Positions 47,818-50,870 of a DNA stretch of 50,870 bases are shown here, piece after piece; positions within the stretch are counted from its first letter, which is position 1, and every line of letters begins with the position of its first letter. The notes under the pieces are model-generated. The model saw only the letters and a list, made by a program, of their open reading frames with translations. It was not told where the DNA came from and searched no databases. The DNA is from a virus (taxonomy: Duplodnaviria; Caudoviricetes): positions 1-50,870 of IMG/VR virus record IMGVR_UViG_3300042561_000324. One strand, 5' to 3'. A program made the translations under genes and the position numbers.

Positions 47818-47901
47818 CTAGTCTCGGTTGATTTGGTTTAGTATGAAGCAGGCTGATACTATTGCCCAAGCTAGGGCTAGAGCTAGGAGTTGGTCATTCA
47901 T
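47818..47901 (-). CDS. 27-aa membrane peptide (missing from the ORF track)
   Basis: MNDQLLALALAWAIVSACFILNQINRD fills the gap exactly. Confidence 0.5.
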   Translation of the reverse strand: MNDQLLALALAWAIVSACFILNQINRD

Positions 47902-48223
47902 GGCTTTCGTCTATTCCTATATCTTTTGTGAAGTCTCGGTATTCTGGTATTACAGAGAGGGCTTCTTTCATGTATTGAATCGGTGCGCGGGAGGACAGGG
48001 CTATTTTATGGAGTTCTTTTATGAACATGACCGATCTGTTTTGAGGAGTTGCATTCCTCCACTCTCTATATGGTGCGCCAGTGGAGTATAAAAGATCGTG
48101 TTTAGTAAGAAGGTTGTTTTTGTCTGGCCAAGGCAGAACCATGAAATTTCCTACTTTGTTTGTTTCTTGATCGTAAGGGTTCCATGCTAGGATGGCGTCT
48201 TTGAGTTGTATATCTGTATTCAT
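47894..48223 (-). CDS. Hypothetical protein
   Basis: 109-aa ORF in the operon. Confidence 0.7.
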   Translation of the reverse strand: MNTDIQLKDAILAWNPYDQETNKVGNFMVLPWPDKNNLLTKHDLLYSTGAPYREWRNATPQNRSVMFIKELHKIALSSRAPIQYMKEALSVIPEYRDFTKDIGIDESHE

Positions 48224-48609
48224 AATTTGGATAGTGTGACTCCCATTTTTTCTGCTATTTCTAGGGCTATGGGGTCGGATTTGTAGATGTCTTTGTAGAG
48301 GACTCTCTTTATCTTATAGGCGGCTATGGTCTTTAGGCAGTCTCTACATGGGAGTAGGGTGGATACCAGTGTCTTTCCTTCTCCGGGTTTAGTATACCTC
48401 AGTGCGTTCTGTTCTGCGTGGATGACGTATTTCCTTCTCTCTTCTCTGTCTGACCAGTCTTCTTCTTGGCCTTGAGGGAATCCGTTGAATCCTACTGATG
48501 CTATGGAGTTGTCTTCTCGGAGGATGACTGCGCCGACTTTTTGCCACGGGTCTTTGCTCTTTTTAGCAACTACCTCGGCTATGCTCATAGCGTATTCGTC
48601 CCAGTTCAT
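48220..48609 (-). CDS. dCMP deaminase
   Basis: SKDP..KVGAVI, GFNGFP, HAEQNAL, PCRDC. Confidence 0.92.
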   Translation of the reverse strand: MNWDEYAMSIAEVVAKKSKDPWQKVGAVILREDNSIASVGFNGFPQGQEEDWSDREERRKYVIHAEQNALRYTKPGEGKTLVSTLLPCRDCLKTIAAYKIKRVLYKDIYKSDPIALEIAEKMGVTLSKL

Positions 48610-48914
48610 TGATGATTTTTAAGCATTTTGTTTAGCATCATTGCATATAGAAGATTATTTTCATATTGAACTTCCTGTAGGCTTGCTTCTGTATTCATTG
48701 GAACATCTCCAGTGCCTGTAATGTCATGATTGAATTCTTGGTGGATCACAGGTTCAGCCTTCCTGACCTCTGGGCCTTTGTGCATATACATATCCTTCAG
48801 ATGCGGCGTTGCACCTTTAGGGTAGTGAAACTCGCGGGTTTCTGTGTAGGTTTCCTTGGTCATCGACGAGCAGGCGCACAATGACATGGTTAGTAGTATT
48901 AGTGCTATTTTCAT
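48606..48914 (-). CDS. Putative lipoprotein
   Basis: MKIALILLTMSLCACSS signal peptide and lipobox. Confidence 0.6.
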   Translation of the reverse strand: MKIALILLTMSLCACSSMTKETYTETREFHYPKGATPHLKDMYMHKGPEVRKAEPVIHQEFNHDITGTGDVPMNTEASLQEVQYENNLLYAMMLNKMLKNHQ

Positions 48915-49150
48915 AGGTTTTTTAGTATTTTCTTTGCCCATTCTGGGGTGTCTTCTGTGACTGATCTCGTCCAGACAACATTGGGTTCTGTTTCTTTTTT
49001 CTTTAGGTAGTTTCGGTTGGATAAGACAACAAGGACTTCGTTGGTTGTGAATCGGAATCCACACTTACACGCTCTCCTCCGCATTACTGTCTTATTGATC
49101 TTCCTGCTGTTAACTACTGACGTTACTTTACCGCATTCTGGACAGGTCAT
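48911..49150 (-). CDS. NrdR-type zinc-ribbon protein
   Basis: CPECG..TSVVNSR..RRRACKCGFRFTTNE. Confidence 0.75.
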   Translation of the reverse strand: MTCPECGKVTSVVNSRKINKTVMRRRACKCGFRFTTNEVLVVLSNRNYLKKKETEPNVVWTRSVTEDTPEWAKKILKNL

Positions 49151-49314
49151 TTCTTATCAAATACAGGCATGAATTTATTCTTCTTCATTCCGCGTTTATC
49201 GAAGAACTTCTCACAGGCTTTGACGATTTCCTTGGAGTTAAGTGGGTATTTCCACCCTACCCGTCCATCGTCATTCGATAGGTTCTCTGTGTTATTCTTT
49301 CCGTTGATTTTCAT
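49147..49314 (-). CDS. Small hypothetical protein
   Basis: ATGA overlaps with neighbours. Confidence 0.55.
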   Translation of the reverse strand: MKINGKNNTENLSNDDGRVGWKYPLNSKEIVKACEKFFDKRGMKKNKFMPVFDKK

Positions 49315-49553
49315 TTCATTGACTTGCTTCCCTTGCACTTCCATTTGCGGCGACTTAAGTTATTGGGTGAATTGGGGTCACTCTTCCAATCGCCTTTGAT
49401 CTTTGCTGAACGGGCACAGTATGCGTCCGCTTTTTTTGTGAGTGGCTGAATACGATCCTTACCATCTTTAGCCTTACCGGCCTGCCCATACTTCACAGTC
49501 TTTGTCCTGCCAGTCTTGGGGTTCTTTACTACCTTTGTGAATCGCTTTTCCAT
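49311..49553 (-). CDS. Small basic phage protein
   Basis: KTVKYGQAG..AYCARS..SRRKWKC, a pattern familiar from freshwater/marine phage genes. Confidence 0.7.
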   Translation of the reverse strand: MEKRFTKVVKNPKTGRTKTVKYGQAGKAKDGKDRIQPLTKKADAYCARSAKIKGDWKSDPNSPNNLSRRKWKCKGSKSMK

Positions 49554-49554
49554 A

Positions 49555-49701
49555 TTATTTCTTCTTTGCTGTTTTCTTGGATTGAATGAACGCTTTAGCG
49601 GTAGGTGCGCCTTTCGAGCCAACCTTCCTCATCTTCTCACCACTACCAGCGGCGATGCGTTTTTTCTTTTGGTTAATGTTGTAGTAAAGTCCTTTATTCA
49701 T
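49555..49701 (-). CDS. Small basic protein (missing from the ORF track)
   Basis: MNKGLYYNINQKKKRIAAGSGEKMRKVGSKGAPTAKAF.. (48 aa). Confidence 0.7.
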   Translation of the reverse strand: MNKGLYYNINQKKKRIAAGSGEKMRKVGSKGAPTAKAFIQSKKTAKKK

Positions 49702-49703
49702 AA

Positions 49704-49892
49704 TTACTTTTTCTTTTTGGACATTCCAGCTTGTGAAAGTGCAATCGCCACGGCTTGGGCGCGGCTTTTAGCGAGTGGTGCTTTCTTTGGGCCTTTAGGG
49801 TCAATACCAGCCTTCAGTTTGCCAGCTTTGTATTCACGCATTGTTTTTGCCACTTTCGCGGCTTTACCTGCTTTAGTTGTTGGTTTTTTCAT
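49704..49892 (-). CDS. Small basic protein (DUF6496-like)
   Basis: KVAKTMREYKAGKL..SRAQAVAIALSQAG. Confidence 0.7.
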   Translation of the reverse strand: MKKPTTKAGKAAKVAKTMREYKAGKLKAGIDPKGPKKAPLAKSRAQAVAIALSQAGMSKKKK

Positions 49893-50218
49893 AATCCATC
49901 CATTCCATCTCTTAATAGTTTAAAGAACGTGGAGGCAGAGATTGTGACCTTCCAGTCTTTGTTGTTTTTCTTATGAGCGCAAGCCCACGCAATGCCTTTA
50001 GCATCCCGCTCGGCCTGCTCGCAAGCCTTATCTAAATTCAAGTTCTGAACGTGCTTCACCTCAAAGTGGAGTTTACCTTTCAGTTCTTCGCAGACTACAT
50101 CCGGTGAGTCTTGACCACCCGCGAATTGCTGTCCTCGTTTAGCGTTGAATCCTTGGGCGCGGAGTTCATCTCTCCACTGGCGTTCTGCTCTAGCTCCTTT
50201 AGCTCTTGAGTTGATCAT
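49889..50218 (-). CDS. Holliday junction resolvase (Hjc-like PD-(D/E)XK)
   Basis: SRAKGARAER, SPDV, HFEVK. Confidence 0.85.
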   Translation of the reverse strand: MINSRAKGARAERQWRDELRAQGFNAKRGQQFAGGQDSPDVVCEELKGKLHFEVKHVQNLNLDKACEQAERDAKGIAWACAHKKNNKDWKVTISASTFFKLLRDGMDGL

Positions 50219-50219
50219 A

Positions 50220-50432
50220 TTAGCAATTATAGCGAAGCATCCTAATGTATTCGTGGATGTATTCTGGTTCAGCCCCATACAATCGCAGTGTCTGCCATTG
50301 CTTCAGCTCATTCCTCGCTTCGTCGCGCTCACGTTCTAGTTTTCTAGCGAAATCTGAAGATACAACCTCGTTAAATATTCCTTCAGATGAATCAGACCAA
50401 GCATTCTTGTCGGTTTCTGGTGTGTTACTCAT
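50220..50432 (-). CDS. Hypothetical protein
   Basis: MSNTPETD..DFARKLERERDEAR. Confidence 0.65.
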   Translation of the reverse strand: MSNTPETDKNAWSDSSEGIFNEVVSSDFARKLERERDEARNELKQWQTLRLYGAEPEYIHEYIRMLRYNC

Positions 50433-50433
50433 A

Positions 50434-50637
50434 TTATCTATTGGCTAACAATTCGCGTTTTTTTCTTCGTGCTTCACAAGCAAGTTTGGCTTGCTCTACT
50501 CTTGATGCTTTTCCAGCTTCAATTAATTTCTGATCCAATTCATCTTGTCTTAAGATTTCAATAACTCCGATTGCTTTTATAAATGCTTCTTTTTCTTTTT
50601 TAGAAACATGATTTTCAAAAAACTTTTGTGAATCCAT
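50434..50637 (-). CDS. Hypothetical protein
   Basis: 67-aa ORF in the operon. Confidence 0.6.
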   Translation of the reverse strand: MDSQKFFENHVSKKEKEAFIKAIGVIEILRQDELDQKLIEAGKASRVEQAKLACEARRKKRELLANR

Positions 50638-50648
50638 TTGTTATCAGG

Positions 50649-50843
50649 TTAGGGCAACAAGCTATCTACATCTTGTAGTTCTGTCAATACTTTTGTTTCA
50701 GAGAAGTATTCATGGTAAATCTTCATTCCTTCACTCCAGTAATTGTCTGCGATACAATATCTTTCTTTGTCGAAAGACTCCCAGATCGTCAGGGCAGCGT
50801 CCATCAGCCTAGATGCTTTTGCGAATGCTTGGTCAGTTGTCAT
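50649..50843 (-). CDS. Hypothetical protein downstream of dnaB across the join
   Basis: Start overlaps the dnaB stop (TGATG). Confidence 0.65.
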   Translation of the reverse strand: MTTDQAFAKASRLMDAALTIWESFDKERYCIADNYWSEGMKIYHEYFSETKVLTELQDVDSLLP

Positions 50844-50870
50844 CAGTATACCTCTTCTAGTTTGGAAATG
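50729..50870. repeat. Terminal direct repeat, copy 2
   Basis: Matches 1-142 with one mismatch. Confidence 0.95.

Noticed and set aside
1-50870. tRNA genes, integrase, DNA polymerase, alternative genetic code
   Set aside because: None recognised by eye. Genes tile densely under the standard code with all three stop codons used.

Overview
The window looks like an essentially complete ~50.7 kb tailed dsDNA phage genome assembled as a circle: bases 1-142 repeat at 50729-50870 with one synonymous mismatch. It has a lambdoid-type replication module (winged-helix initiator with internal 23-bp iterons plus a DnaB helicase), a terminase large subunit, and a podovirus-like morphogenesis operon (portal, scaffold, capsid, fibres and spike, tail proteins, ejection proteins including a 2118-aa polyvalent protein). 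It also has a lysis cassette, recombination and DNA-metabolism genes, and a cluster of small genes. I saw no integrase, DNA polymerase, tRNA or CRISPR array. The most striking unexplained signal is a 16-bp palindrome, TTATCG-KWWM-CGATAA, found about 20 times around the genome (13 with perfect arms). It often sits exactly at stop/start junctions or beside TTGACA promoters, and also inside genes in two different frames. Other candidates are a ~480-nt promoter-to-terminator structured ncRNA (40.56-41.06 kb), a C4-like antisense leader before the replication operon, a structured capsid leader, a small RNA complementary to a start codon, and ART and zincin domains in the giant ejection protein. All calls come from reading motifs by eye; no database searches were run.
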